A DNA stretch of 64,000 nt from Pseudogymnoascus verrucosus (Eukaryota): the NCBI GenBank assembly GCA_001662655.1, contig KV460242.1. The stretch is one strand, 5' to 3'. This document shows positions 35,877 through 48,631 of the stretch, piece by piece; positions within the stretch are counted from its first letter, which is position 1, and each line of letters starts with the position of its first letter. The notes beneath the pieces were generated by a model, which saw only the letters and a program-made list of their open reading frames with translations, searched no databases and was not told where the DNA came from. A program made the position numbers and the translations under genes.

Positions 35877-38766
35877 TCACGGTCTCGACATCGATATCAA
35901 CGAGAAAACCTCCAAGCTCACAGAACTCCTAAAGCCAGCTTTCGAGCACCACCATGATAACATCATCCAGCAAGTCCACGAATATCTCACTCACGGCGTC
36001 AACGAGAAATGCCCAGCACTGAATGCAGTCATCCAGATCGTCGGCTCCCGAGGTGATGTCCAACCTTTCGTTTCCTTGGGCAAGGTCCTGCACGAGAAGT
36101 ACGGTCACAGAGTACGAATTGCTTCCCACCTAATCTTCAGATCCTTAGTCGAAGAGAACGGTCTCGATTTTTTTAACATTGGAGGCGATCCTGCTGAACT
36201 TATGGCTTTCATGGTCCATAATCCTAGTCTTATCCCAGATATTGCAACTCTTCGAAGTGGAGAAGTTGGAAGGCGTCGACAAGGAACCCATGAAATGCTT
36301 GTTGGATGCTGGAGATCGTGTATCGAGGCAGGAGATGGCACTGGAGACCCAATATTTGAAGCTAAACGACAAGTAGAGGACGGCATTCCATTTATTGCAG
36401 ATGCCATCATTGCTAACCCACCGTCATTCGCCCACATCCACTGCGCTGAGAAGCTTGGAATCCCTCTTCATCTCATGTTCACGATGCCCTGGTCACCAAC
36501 AAAGTCCTTCCCACATCCTCTAGTCAACGTCCGGTCCTCCAATGCTGACGGCGACCAAACGAACTTCCTCAGTTACGCTCTGGTGGAAATGATGACTTGG
36601 CAAGGTCTTGGCGACGTGATCAACAGGTTCCGTCGCACCATTCTCAATCTTGCATTCATCTCTCTCATGTGGGCACCAGTAATGAACAGCAGGCTACGAA
36701 TCCCATTTACGTACTGCTGGTCGCCTGCTTTGATTCCAAAGCCGAAGGATTGGGGACCACACATTTCCATCTGTAGTTTCAACTTCTTGTCTCTTGCCTC
36801 GTCATTCACACCTGCGCCTGAACTTCTCAAATTCCTTGCTGACGGCCCACCACCTGTGTACATTGGCTTCGGATCTATCGTCGTTGACGACCCTGATGCG
36901 ATGACCACCATGATATTCTCTGCTGCTAAGAAACTCGGGATCAGAGCCCTCGCACCTAAAGGATGGGGTGGCCTTAGAGGCGAGGCTTTGACAATTCCAG
37001 ACAATATCTTCATGCTTGGCAACGTTCCCCACGACTTCCTCTTTCAACACGTTTCTGCTGTGGTTCACCACGGTGGAGCTGGTACTACTGCCGCAGGTAT
37101 TGCTGCAGGTCGTCCAACTGTTGTCGTCCCATTGTTTGGCGATCAGCCATTCTGGGCAAAGATGATTGCCGGAGCGGGTGCTGGGCCAGAGCCAATTCCA
37201 TTCAAGAAGTTGAGTGTGGGTAACCTGGTGAAGCAGCTTGAGTTTGCTCTTAAACCAGAGACCCTCATCAGGGCGAAGCAGCTAGGAGAGAAAATGCCTA
37301 AGGAGGATGGTGCGGGAGAGGGAGCTAAACTGTTCCATGCGCATCTTGGCGACGAAATTAGATGTTCTGTGCTTTCAGATAGACCAGCTATATGGAGAGT
37401 CAAGAAGACAGACGTCAGATTGAGTGGACTTGCGGCCACTGTTTTGATCAATCAGGGGCTGGTTGATTTGAAGGATCTCAAGCTGTATGTTACCCTTTTT
37501 GTCTCTTATCACATGTTCTCATAACTGACACCTCATAGTTACCGACCACGAGAATACCAACTCGAAGACGGCCCTTGGGATCCAGTTTCCGGTGTCACCT
37601 CCGCTCTCATTAGAGCCCTTGGCTCCCTTGCCATGGGCGTCGCCGATCTCCCCACTGAATTCTATCACGGCCTAAAAACGCAAATTGACAACCACGGCTC
37701 CCGGGGCTCCCTTTCTGGCACCGCCAATGACTCCTTGACTGATCTCAACTCCAGAGACTCATCCTCCACTTCCCTCCCCACCGGTAAATTTGAAACTATC
37801 GGCGCCCGGCGCCCTGCCTCGGAGGCCATCAACTCCTCCTACCCCTCCATGCACAAAGCAAGCACCGACACAGCCTCCATCACCAGCACCACCAGCACTA
37901 GCACCGAAAAGGAGCCCAAGCCACACTACGCAAACATGGACGCCATTAACAACATCCAGCTGTCCCCAGAAATCCTCCCAAAGCTCAAGAAAGAGGAGAA
38001 GGAATTTGTCGCTAAAGAGCCATCCCGATCCTCTGATATACTGGATAGGTCCGACCCCGCCTCCCCCATCTCGCCGCACCAGCTCATTAAGCACCGCCCT
38101 ACGCACTTGAAGAGATTCACAGCCCACGCCGCCGAATTTCTGCTCAAAGCACCTCTCGACCTCTTCTCCGCCTTGTCAGGCGGCTTTCACAACGCACCAA
38201 AGCTGTACGGCGACACCACGGTCCGCCACACGGCCCCGATCTCGAGCTTCCAATCTGGTCTCCAGGCTGCTGATAAAGACTTCGCCCTCGGCATCATCGA
38301 CGGCGTCTCCGGCCTCGTGACGCAGCCTGTGCACGGCGCTCAAGAAAACGGCATCGGGGGCGCCATGTCCGGCGTAATAAAGGGCGTTGGCGGCCTCGTC
38401 CTCAAGCCCGTCGGGGCCGTGACCGGTGTACCAGCCAACCTGCTCAAGAGTATCTACAAAGAACTCGAGAAGTCGACTGATTTCTGCCTGCAGACACACG
38501 TCATGCTCTCGCGTGTTGCTCAGGGTCTTGAGGAACTGCTCATCTTGCAGGAACGTGGCGGGTATGAGACGGTCGAGAAGGAGATCATCGGGAGCTGGAG
38601 AGAGGAGATGCGCAAGGCGGACGACAAGAAGAAGGGCATCGCGTGCGTGGTGAAGGGGAAGAAGCACACATGCTCGCACGGCCTCCACTTCAGTAAGCCG
38701 CGGCACATGACGTTTGCAGAGTCTGCGCTCGTGGCGCAGGAGTCGGGGCTGCGGAAGCAGGGGTGA
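35877..38766 (+). CDS. Sterol 3-beta-glucosyltransferase-like (GT1, Glyco_transf_28) protein, intron 37485..37538; 5' end unclear, possibly degenerating
   Basis: IQIVGSRGDVQPF, HRVRIASH, AIIANPPSFAHIHCAE, YIGFGS, VVHHGGAGTTAAG and GDQPFW motifs; Gly-rich GLVTQP C-terminal region. Confidence 0.85.
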
Positions 38767-40608
38767 AGCCCAAGGGGCGGTTCACGAACCATCACAGTTG
38801 GTATGACAAGGGGAGCAGGATTGCGGTGGTGCCGGAAGAAAATTTGATGGATGGGGTGGATGATCGGGGGTCGATTGGGAGTTCGAGGAGTAGCATTATT
38901 AGTGTGGATAGCGTGGGGACAAAGATGGAGGTGCATGTTGGGATGGGGTGTTGATGCGGAAGTACATGACGATTCATGAACTGGTGCATCGGCTGAAGAG
39001 GAATAGTGGGTGAGAGGCTATGTTTCGGAGTCCGGATAAGAAGTAAAGAATCCTGTACGGGAGTCGTAACAGTACATTCCACAAGTATAATGGCTACCAA
39101 GGCACCAAATCATACGCTTGAACTATAATTGTGATTGCTCGTGACACTGTCTTACTTTTGATACGCAGCAGAAACCCTACGACACCCCTATTACGCTTTG
39201 AGTATATCGTGGATGTTATTCACGGCCTGGTCCTCATTACTGAGATGTGCAGCACGCGTGATAGCGGCTAGGGCAATTGTCTGGTACTGACTATCCTCCA
39301 ATCCGACCCCATGCTGTCTACGGAATCTACTCCATCTCTTCAATGGAGGGTCTCCGTTTTCTATGGAATTTAAACGGCCGACTGTGTGCGTCTAAATGGT
39401 GTGGACTAGCTAACAGAAGTCGTGTCATCAAGGGCATGCTCTTCAGCCCATTAATGCAGCGGCCGGAGAACAACAGGTCCATCGCAGCTGCCTTGCCCCC
39501 AGGACGACAGCGCAGAAGTAATGAAGGGAATTTCCAGGAACTGTAAAGAAGGTCTGCAGTTTGACACTTACCCAGTGCATCGGATCGGCCTTAGTCCAAA
39601 TTGAAAATTATAATCTGGTGGTCGGCATATTTGCAAACCCAAATATTCAGAAACGATATCTTTTCGAGTCTTCAAATGAAGGTCGCTATGCGTGTCTGCC
39701 AGGTGTCCGGCCAAGTTTGTAATTGCAAGCCTGCTGCGCGTCCACTATTTTTGAGAACCCTAAGGACCCTAATGACTAAGCCGTAACCCTGAGGGTTTGA
39801 CGATGTCAGCTTAGGGCCGCGCTGCTACTAAGGTTAGGTCCTGCGTAATTCCTTACATGAGGTAATTAGGATCTTAGTGGAATCATGTTTTACTTATAAC
39901 ATAACTTAGATTAATATTCTTTAGTGTAATATTCTTAATATTAATTAGTTTATTATCTATTAGGCATAGGCTTAATATTTAAAATATAGGACAAACCTAG
40001 TGTAGAAGGAGTTGGATTTAGCACTAGCTTTCCAACGGCTGCGGTATAACTCAAGCTCGCTGCCCCTGTTCGACGGCACACTGAGGCCACGACGTCTCTT
40101 TTCACACATCTCTAGTTCCTCATCTTCGGGGCAATTGATATCATCGAATAGATAGTCGTCCATGCGATGGCTTGCACAGGGTTTAGATGATGGAGGCGGT
40201 TGCGTGGCCAACGGCTTTGATTCACTTCGCTGGCTGGAGATGGTCATTTTGCCGCTTTGTTATGAGGGTTCCGTGATAAAGCTTTGATCTACGATTCTAA
40301 TTTGCAAGAATCCTGAAAGAGAAGAAAGGAAAGGTGTCGACAGAGCTGGAAGTTAAAGACGTGTTGTCAAAACCTTGTAGCCTCGTTGCTTACATAAACC
40401 AATGGCGGGGATGGACGGCCCCGACCAGGACAAGCTCCACGCCTTCCCATTTAGCCATCACGTGCTTATGGAATCAGAGTTAACGCAAAATAAATGCATT
40501 ATGTCACCATGTTAAATCAGCATTAAAGCCCCAAATACTTTGAGACGCGCAGTCGGACAATATTTTCGGGTTTAGAATTGACCAAGACGATACAAAGTTA
40601 GATTGAAA

Positions 40609-43130
40609 ATGAAGTCATCAAGTGAGCCCTTTCCTATGATGTCTCTCTGTTGGACTGTGGCAGAAGCTAAGGGAAAGCAATTCAGCGGTGCGAGGTCCAG
40701 ATAGGATAACGTGCTCAACACCGAGAATCGTTGATTCTGAAGCAAGTCTTGGCCTACAATTCGTGAATACAACTAGCACGACGACAATAGATGACTCGGC
40801 TAAACGAATAATTCGAGAGAACGCCTCTCACTATGGCCGCAGAGCTAGGGCGCCTTCACGCAGAGCTTGCCCAAAGCCTCCATCAATGAAGCGTACCGAT
40901 GGTTCCACGACGGGCCAAGTTCACCGATTCAGACTCGGCCCAGAGGGTCTGAAACTGACGTCGAATAAACGAGCGAATAAACGAGGCAAAAGAAGCCTGA
41001 ACTTCACGAGTCCATCCATCGGTTCGGACAAGCAGCCTTCGGCGGTCAGAGCATCACCAGCGCTCCAACGTTTGGCTGGAACTTCTCGCCTGGCAGTGAC
41101 GAGGCCAAGGCAGAGAATTATAGCTAGGGAAAATGAAGAAAATAAATTATTCCCAGAATCCAGCTTTAGGACTGCAATCGGGCCACCACCAGATGATTCT
41201 AGTCAAGAAAACGTCGCGGAGCTCGTAAGATGGACCAAAGAGCAACAGCTAACCTGGTTGAAAACACTGCTCTACCCTCGAGGTAGTTCCCTATACGGCG
41301 TAAGTTCTTGCGCTATGGATCCGTTTGACGCCATGTCTTTGAACATCACCCCTCGGGAGCAGATCTTGATTCGCGACTACTGTGAGTACAAATCCAAATA
41401 TGGAGTATGAAATATGAATGCTACCCTCACAGTTCTCTTTTTTGTTGTCTCAAGTGGTTTTATGCAATGATTTCCATCATTATCAATAGCAGTTGGAGCG
41501 TTGAAGAATTCCAAAGCTTCCGCCCCCAAAGTAAAATTCTGATGATGTGCCTGATTTCCTCTATCATTATATTGCTCGCTCCATGCCGAGACTTTCATTT
41601 GACGATTCACAACATATTTCAAATTACTAACTTAACAACAGTTAAAGATGATTCACCTCTAATACCATACTGTAAAGCCTTCTTCGGGCTTGCAGTTCAA
41701 GACGAGGCAGCATTCCAGTACGTAATCCGGCCTATAGTTTTCCTAGTCGGCATTGGTTCATGAAATCAGACCCTAAATATATCTTAAAATATGTTGGACG
41801 AAACACGCCGGATAAGACGTGTCTTCGCAGCTCATCAACTCTGACTCTGTTAGCTAACTGAACGATGCTGATTCCGAAATTCCTAGTGCTGTGCTCTCTC
41901 ACTACTCGGCGACCTTTCGACTGAAGTGCCGATACGGGAGTCCAGTAGAGAGCCTACTTCACCTTTCGAGTGCAATCCAGATAATCCACGAGAGACTTCA
42001 AGACCCGACGGAGAGTTGCAGTAATGGTACGATGAGTGCAGTTGCCACTCTGATCATATATGAGGTTGGACTCCCCTTAATTAAAGTGGGTGTATCAAAT
42101 GACGCAAAACCGCTGACTATTATGCCAGTCGGCCAATGGATCACTTCCTAATATAGAGCTTCACATGAGAGGTTTAAAAGATATGGTGACGAGGCGCGGT
42201 GGTTTCGAACGGGGGAACTTTCCCCTCGACCTAAAACGATTGATTACTTGGTAAGGGATTGAGTCACCCTGGTGGGCTTCCACTGCCGTCATATATCCAG
42301 CAAGAGCTTGGAGCAGAGGTGAATATATATGAGTTGCGGACAAGTGTTGCGCTCCTTTTCGAAGCCAACTTCAATGTTCTGAGAAAGCAGCCTAACATAC
42401 TCTACTAACTCAAACCAGGGCAGATTTGAACACGGCCAATGACTTGTGGCAGCCTCCACGCTTTCCCGCCTTTGAGCCCCCGCTCGCCGTACTCCCTCCT
42501 ACGGAAACACGTTTCTGCCACCAGGAAACTACACAATTCGGAGTGCCATCGTCCATCATGCCTTCTACCAAACCAAATATTGACACCGTCATCGATGAAC
42601 TCAGAACCTTCGCCACCGAACTGGCAGTAGTAAGCCGATCCCTCAGTCCTCTCAACCGTTCCCGCATCCAAATCAGCGACGAAATTCAGCACATGGAACG
42701 CAGGATTTTCGACCTGATTCACAACCCTCCCGCATTCAAGAACCCGCTCGACCATTCCTGTGCCATTGCAGCTCTGATATACTTGCGTGCAAATTTGCGA
42801 GACAACTTCTGCAACTTCGGCGTTGTCAAAACGAGCAAACTCCAAGTTGCGTTGCAATCAGTCTTTGAGCTGGCTGATTTGTGGAAGTGGGGCTTGGATG
42901 TGCGGAGTCGAGAGAAACTTGTCTGGGCGGTGGGATTTGGCGCGGTGTCTAGTGATGGTGGACCTGAGAAGCCGTGGTTTGTGAGACTGTTTAGGGATCT
43001 TTGCGACACATTTGAATTGCGAAGGTGGGAGCGTGTGAAAGATATTTTCAGAACTGTGTTGTGGCAGGACGAACTGGATGATGAGGGCATTAGACTTTGG
43101 GAGGAGGTGCAGAAGACTCGGTGTGGGTAA
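40609..43130 (+). CDS. Fungal_trans_2-type transcription factor-like protein without Zn2Cys6 cluster, multi-exon (first intron 40622..40685)
   Basis: N-terminal LQFVNTT...AKRIIRENASHY; MDPFDAM; AIQIIHERL; HMRGLKDMVTRRGG; LITW/ADL; W..VKDIFRTVLW. No CxxCx6C upstream. Confidence 0.8.
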
Positions 43131-43329
43131 TAATACAAACACCTGGGCGTCTGAATATCATGCAATACAATATTGGAATTGAGTATTGCAATATTAACCA
43201 ATGTTCTCAATAGTACGCAGTATTTCTGTACAAACCGTGCAGTATCGTCACCAGGCGAAACACCGTCTGAGTAAAAATGTCTTCTGCTCTTCTAGCTCAT
43301 GTTCGAACCGTACAGTCTCACTTTTCAAC

Positions 43330-43790
43330 TTGTAGTTTGAGTGGGGTAAAGAGGATAGGGGAATCCTCGTAATCTGTCTCCATTCTAGTGAATATCTTGC
43401 AGAGCAGTTATAGCTGTTACAGACGACTATGGTATTACTCCTGCAGTTTTTACTATCACTCGTGATAACGCTTCTGCAAACACTAGCATGCTCTTAGAAT
43501 ATGAGAACTTAGCATGCAAGAACGAAACTACATTACAGCAACCATAGGCATATACAACAAAAGAAGGCGATGTTAGATGTATTAGACACATTATAAACCT
43601 TGCTGTTCAAGCTGCTTCAACATCGTTAAAGGAAGTACCAGCAGATGAGCCAAATGCATACCGTATGGAGCTGCCCGAGTTCCATCACTACCAGAAAATG
43701 AGTTAGTAGCTGCTCTTAGCAAACTTCGGCGTCATATATGTGTTTTGCAACCGACGGCAATGGAAGAATGCTTTAAAAAAGGCAATGTGA
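43330..43790 (+). mobile_element. Degenerate hAT transposase fragment
   Basis: TITRDNASANTSM (catalytic D-N-A) and DVRCIRHIINLAVQA (CxxH motif), interrupted by stops. Confidence 0.75.
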
Positions 43791-43899
43791 AGCTGCAAAT
43801 ATTGAGTTTAAGCGTCCATGGTCTTCACCGTTTCTTGGTCCCTAGCGAGATCGAGCTTCGAGGAGAAGTTGTCCACTACCTGTGCTACGTATTAGTTTC

Positions 43900-44180
43900 T
43901 GCAGCTCCATAGGTTACAGTCTGGTATTTTACTTTGCTGTCCAGACCTTTCATGCCGGAAATCCCCTTCGCCTCTTAGAACGAGTGTACTTTGATAGCGC
44001 ATTTGGCAAGTATAGTCTTAAACTCCCTATGAATATTATCCAAAACCTCATCGTTGACTTCAAGAGTTTGTACAAGCCGTTTGTTTGAGTCTTGAAGGGC
44101 TAAGCTCGCTAAGCTTGATGCGATCATCCCCCAACCTACGTACGTGCTTCCTCGATGTGGTGTCCCGAGAAAAACATTCA
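43900..44180 (-). pseudogene. Fragment of a SesB/DUF676-like lipase domain typical of fungal NACHT/NLR proteins
   Basis: FLGTPHRGS...LASLALQDSNKRLVQTLEVNDEVLDNIHREFKTIL...HSF*EAKGISGMKGL. Confidence 0.7.
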
Positions 44181-44222
44181 GCTTTGTCCGTTTGCATATT
44201 GTCTCCGATCGACTGTCGTAAT

Positions 44223-44443
44223 AGGCGCGGCGGGCTTCAATAATATTAGATCGAATATTTCCTAACTAGGATAATGGTGATTACCGACCAATTACATTTA
44301 GCCATGCTTCCTAAGGACCAACCAAATAGTACACTACTCTGTAATGCTCTGTCAGAACTATATTAAGTGGATCCGTAGGTGCGCGGCCCCTTAACTTAGT
44401 AAGGGACCGCAAATCCTATTTAGTAGGGGCTAAACGGATCTAG
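44223..44443 (-). repeat. Dispersed repeat family R1, long inverted copy
   Basis: Matches 35642..35750 directly and 33910..34121 as reverse complement. Confidence 0.88.
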
Positions 44444-44939
44444 TTAGTGTTTCTACATGTGATAGGTAGTCCTAAGCTTAGGATTACGCCACCCTGTCTT
44501 CTTAGCGCTATAGTGGTTAAAAAACAAAGGATAGGCACCTCTATTCTTAGATGGAAAAGACCCTTTATAAAGCACAGAAGGATACGAAAGATAGGATAGC
44601 ACAGAATAATAGAATAGACAACTAAAACTAATTACTTACTAAATGTGCTTACGTTATGATAGACATTGAGATAAACTCTCTAGGATTAGTAGCAAACCTA
44701 CAGAAGTAACCGTTTTTTTAGTCCTGTTGGAGAAGCTAAAATATCCTGCATTTACACTTTACAGAGAGGATATACTCTGTGTATGTCTACTCAGGATTTA
44801 ACGCCCAGGGCACTAATCGCAGTGTCTCTCCAGCGCTGTTGCAGTTATATACCACTACCACCATGTCTCACATATGAGAGTCGTATTAGAGCCATTTTGG
44901 TTAGGCATTAAGCCTCCTGCCTAACGATGGAAATTTCTG

Positions 44940-45230
44940 CTCGCAAGAAGCTTACGTAGCATATTAATTAATTAATCAATTTATAGTAGCCAGCTACGTC
45001 TACAACTAGGGGGTTTAATTACAGCAGAGGAAGCCTAGGCTTTACAGGTGTCTAAAGTAGAGCGGGATACCTAGAAACAGCTAGGCAAAGAAGCCTAGGC
45101 TGCTGATGTAGCTACTGCTAAAGCTAAAAAGCAGCTGTACTAAGCTAGAGTTAAGGCCTAGAAGCTAGAGCAGTTAGGGAAAAAGAGGGTAGCAGCTCTT
45201 TAAAAATAGCGTAGCGAGGGTTAGATCTAA
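44940..45230 (+). mobile_element. RIP-like degraded Fot1/pogo transposase C-terminal relic
   Basis: RLQLGGLITAEEA-like segment followed by a K/R/A-rich stretch with heavy TA enrichment. Confidence 0.35.
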
Positions 45231-45403
45231 CGATTACGCTATAGTCTACATGTAACGTTATAGTACCAGATATAGAAAGAAGAAAATCACACATTACTAG
45301 AATTACATTATAAGGGCACATTGCTCTATAAGATAATAAGATTAGCTTAAGCAAACGTCCCTATATTTATAGCATGTACTTTATAAATAAGAGAAGATAG
45401 AAC

Positions 45404-46165
45404 ATGTTTTCTAAGATTATTATAGTAGCGGCTTTATTAGCTGTTAGATTTATTACTAAAGCTACTTAGAGCTTTAGTAATGTAGGTACGCTCTCTAGCT
45501 TAGATGCTTAGACAATGGAGGATAAGGGATCTATTAAAGTGGTTACTAATGTTGTCTATAAAGGCACTACTACTCTTAAGATGACATAGATTTACAACTC
45601 TAGCTAGACTAGACGCTTTCACTTAGAGAAAGCAAAAACTAGCGTCTATAAGCTTAGTAAATAAGGCTTCTATAGATTTGCTTTCTACCTATAGTAGGAC
45701 TAGTAATTCTCTCCTACTTAGTTGTATAACCTGGGGTAATTTATTACTAACTTTACTAACATAGGATATAATAACTAGATGCCTATATGTATAGTATAGA
45801 TTATTAGAGACTAACTATACACCTGCTTAAAGTATAGGACTATCTACGTATAGTAGATTTACACTTTTAGTAACATTATAACAGTATTAGTAGGAGTCTA
45901 GCATAGAGTCACTATTTAAGCAGACTAGCAGTTAGACAGCACGGGATACTACAAACTCTAGCTTAATAGCGTTAAAGTTGTTAAGATATATAATGTCCTA
46001 ACGATAATTAATGACAGCTATGCGTTTAATTTCCACGTTAGTCTCTATGCGAATAGATGGCATGATGACGGCGGCATGAAAGGTACCTAAGGTACTCGCT
46101 AGGTATGGTATAATGAGATATCAGTCGGTACCACCTTTTCAGATGCGGATCCTACGTCTTGGTAA
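45404..46165 (+). pseudogene. RIP-like inactivated polysaccharide lyase family 20 (beta-1,4-glucuronan lyase)
   Basis: Signal-like start; NVVYKGTTTLKMT*; FYRFAF; DSTGYYK; SLYANRWHDDGGMKGT*GTR*VWYNEISVGTTFSDADP matches my recollection of the PL20 C-terminus. Many CAG/TGG-to-TAG changes. Confidence 0.85.
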
Positions 46166-46229
46166 AAGGAGCGCAGTACAGGATATCACAGGGAAGATCG
46201 GGTTGGGGCGAGGTGGCCTAGAAAATCTT

Positions 46230-46620
46230 ACCTTGCTGAGATAGGCAGCCGGTAACAGCTTATAGCTAGACATGAAATATCCAGTCTGAATATGCGACAC
46301 CTTCTTCGCCAAGCTAGAATACTTCTCATTGATATAACTAGGAAAGACATCGGCCTTCGCATCAAAATGATAAAGCTCTGTGAATTTCCCCTTGCTACAC
46401 GAGCCTGCATGGCTCAAGGTAGAAGTAATGAATCATTTTCTTCGAGCGTGTCTATGATCTTCATAGCAGCAGCCGCAATGTTCTTTCCCAGCTGCACCTC
46501 TACATCATACGCATACTTGCGACAATCGATACCGAGCTCCTGAGCTTTAGCACGGCAGTCGGGTCGGAAAAAAGCTCTTAGTAGTTGGTCACACTGAGGA
46601 TAAGATCAGCGCCTGCGAAT
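46230..46620 (-). pseudogene. NmrA-like (HSCARG-type) gene fragment
   Basis: SVTNY*...YDVEVQLGKNIAAAA...GKFTELYHFDAKA...IQTGYFM, with a stop and a frameshift. Confidence 0.72.
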
Positions 46621-47173
46621 GACGGTATTAGAGTCTGTGGATCGTCGAGGTTGCCAACTACGAGGGTGGGACATGGCGGTCGTGGCTTGGGATAACTTTG
46701 GAGCGCCCACGGTTGTCAATTTTGCAGGATCGAGCTCAAAAACATCCCGTCACCGAATACACTGGTTTTCGCATTCGAGAACTCTATGGAGTGGGTCAGC
46801 CCACAGGGACGCTAACCACGGCGGACTAGACTACTCAGAAAACTACTTCCAGGTAAACGGGAATGCGAAAACCCATTATCCTTGATCTTTTACGCTTAGA
46901 TCCAAGGAGCCGCCGCAGCATATAATAGACAAGACAGTACATAAGATTTGGAAGAGAAGACGGGTGGCATGCTGATGTTAATTCTAAAAATATGGGGTTT
47001 CTAGTAGTTGTCTTGGCAAGCAATGTGGCAAGATGGCAGCCGTATATGGCTAACTAGATGTTACCCACGCAGAGGGAATCGGATGATTGAAACTGTCTGG
47101 GATTGGCAGAAGTATCTCAAAGTCAACAGCAAAGGCACTACTAGTATTGGTTTGAAACAAGCTGCAATTCCAA

Positions 47174-48026
47174 TTAAAAAGTATCGTATAGGTTGTTCAA
47201 TGGCTGTACAGCCTCCTTCCAAGCTGGTCTTTCGCTAACTGTCTCCCACCAGTGTTTTAGATGCTTCCTCTCTAGTATTAACCCTTGATACCCCACCTTT
47301 AGAAGCATGTGTAGAAGAGGCATGTAAAATCCGTCAACCAAGGAATATTGCCTCCCTGCCATGAAACTCTGCTTCGAAAGAATCCTATCAATAATATCCA
47401 GATTGACATTAAGAGTCTGAAGGAGAGGTAAAATTTCGTCCTCAGGGACCACTTTGCCTTGGAATCTGCTCGTTGCATACATTAGCCAGTAGTTTTTTTA
47501 AGTAACGCGTCAAATCCACTTCCGCTACTGAATCAATGACTGACCTGGCAATAATCTCCTTAAGAACCAGAGGCTGAGCAAAGTGGTCAAATTGTGTAAG
47601 CTCTATAGAAGCAGCTTCTTCAAAGAGTGCGATCGACCTGCTATTCTCCACATCCGGTATTAGAGGCTTCCCGAGGCTGCTGTATTTCCAGGCAACGTAT
47701 CGAGCTATGGCGCGTGATTCTAGCTAGTGGTATCAGCAATTATTACTCTGAGACTACTCCAGGTCTTAAACAGTACCGAAAAGAGTGAAGTCTCCTTCAG
47801 TTAAGACGGGGACCTTGCCAAATGGATTGAGAGCTAGGTAATCAGGTCTCTGCTTGCAGTTAGTCGCCAGCTCTGATATTTTCATATGGGAAGAAATAGA
47901 GACCTTCTGTTCTTGAGCCGACAAGTTTAATGAAATTTCTTCCACAGTCATTCCTTTCTCAAGAAGTGCATGACGAGCACGGAGCGTATTCCAAGAGCTT
48001 ACCGCTCCGTATAGCTTGATAGACAT
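47174..48026 (-). CDS. Glutathione S-transferase, 4 exons
   Basis: IKLYG; EQK/RPDYLALNPFGKVPVL; LF/ESRAIARYV; FMAGRQYSLVD; WWETVSERPAW. Confidence 0.9.
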
Positions 48027-48407
48027 GGTTCCTCCAGCGAGATGTCGTGTGTTATTTGCAGACCGAACGCAGAGGTCGACCACAAAAAAGAGAGTATATA
48101 TATGTATGTGTGTATGTGTATGTGATCTCTTGTGAAAGAGCTACAATAGTTCACCTGCGTCTTGTGCTGCTGAATATATACTCCTCGGCTAGACCAGCGA
48201 GCAATGCGTTACTTGGCGCCGAACACAATTTGACTGTAGTACCTGTACGCGCATTGTTTCATCAATAATGAGATGACATCATTGTCTAAGAGCGGGAATT
48301 TTTCCAAGTTAGTCCTTCTCTACTTGGATTAGCTAACCTTTGTGCGAAGCTAAAAAACATTGTTAGAAGAATGGCACAGACGACCGTGGCATTTGTGCTG
48401 ACACGTT

Positions 48408-48482
48408 AATGTGATTGGTCGGTAACCACCATTATCCCAGTTAGGAAATATTCGATCCAATATATTGAACTCCGCCGCGCCT
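48408..48482 (+). repeat. Dispersed repeat family R1, short copy between GST promoter and TF 3' end
   Basis: AATGTGATTGGTCGGTAACCACCATTATCCCAGTTAGGAAATATTCGATCCAATATATTGAACTCCGCCGCGCC matches the other R1 copies. Confidence 0.88.
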
Positions 48483-48631
48483 CATCTTGTGACGACATTG
48501 AAGAGCAGAAGTAAAATCAAGGGAGATATAGAAGCTTCTTCGAGCGATTTATATTCGTAAGCCGTTTAACTCGTATTATTCATCCGAATCCTTCGATATC
48601 ATCTATCTAACGTCGTTCCAGTCTCCCTCTT

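Noticed and set aside
39972..40247. 91-aa ORF divergent from TF1
   Set aside because: No recognisable family, and it runs into AT-rich RIP-like sequence. At most an unidentifiable fragment.
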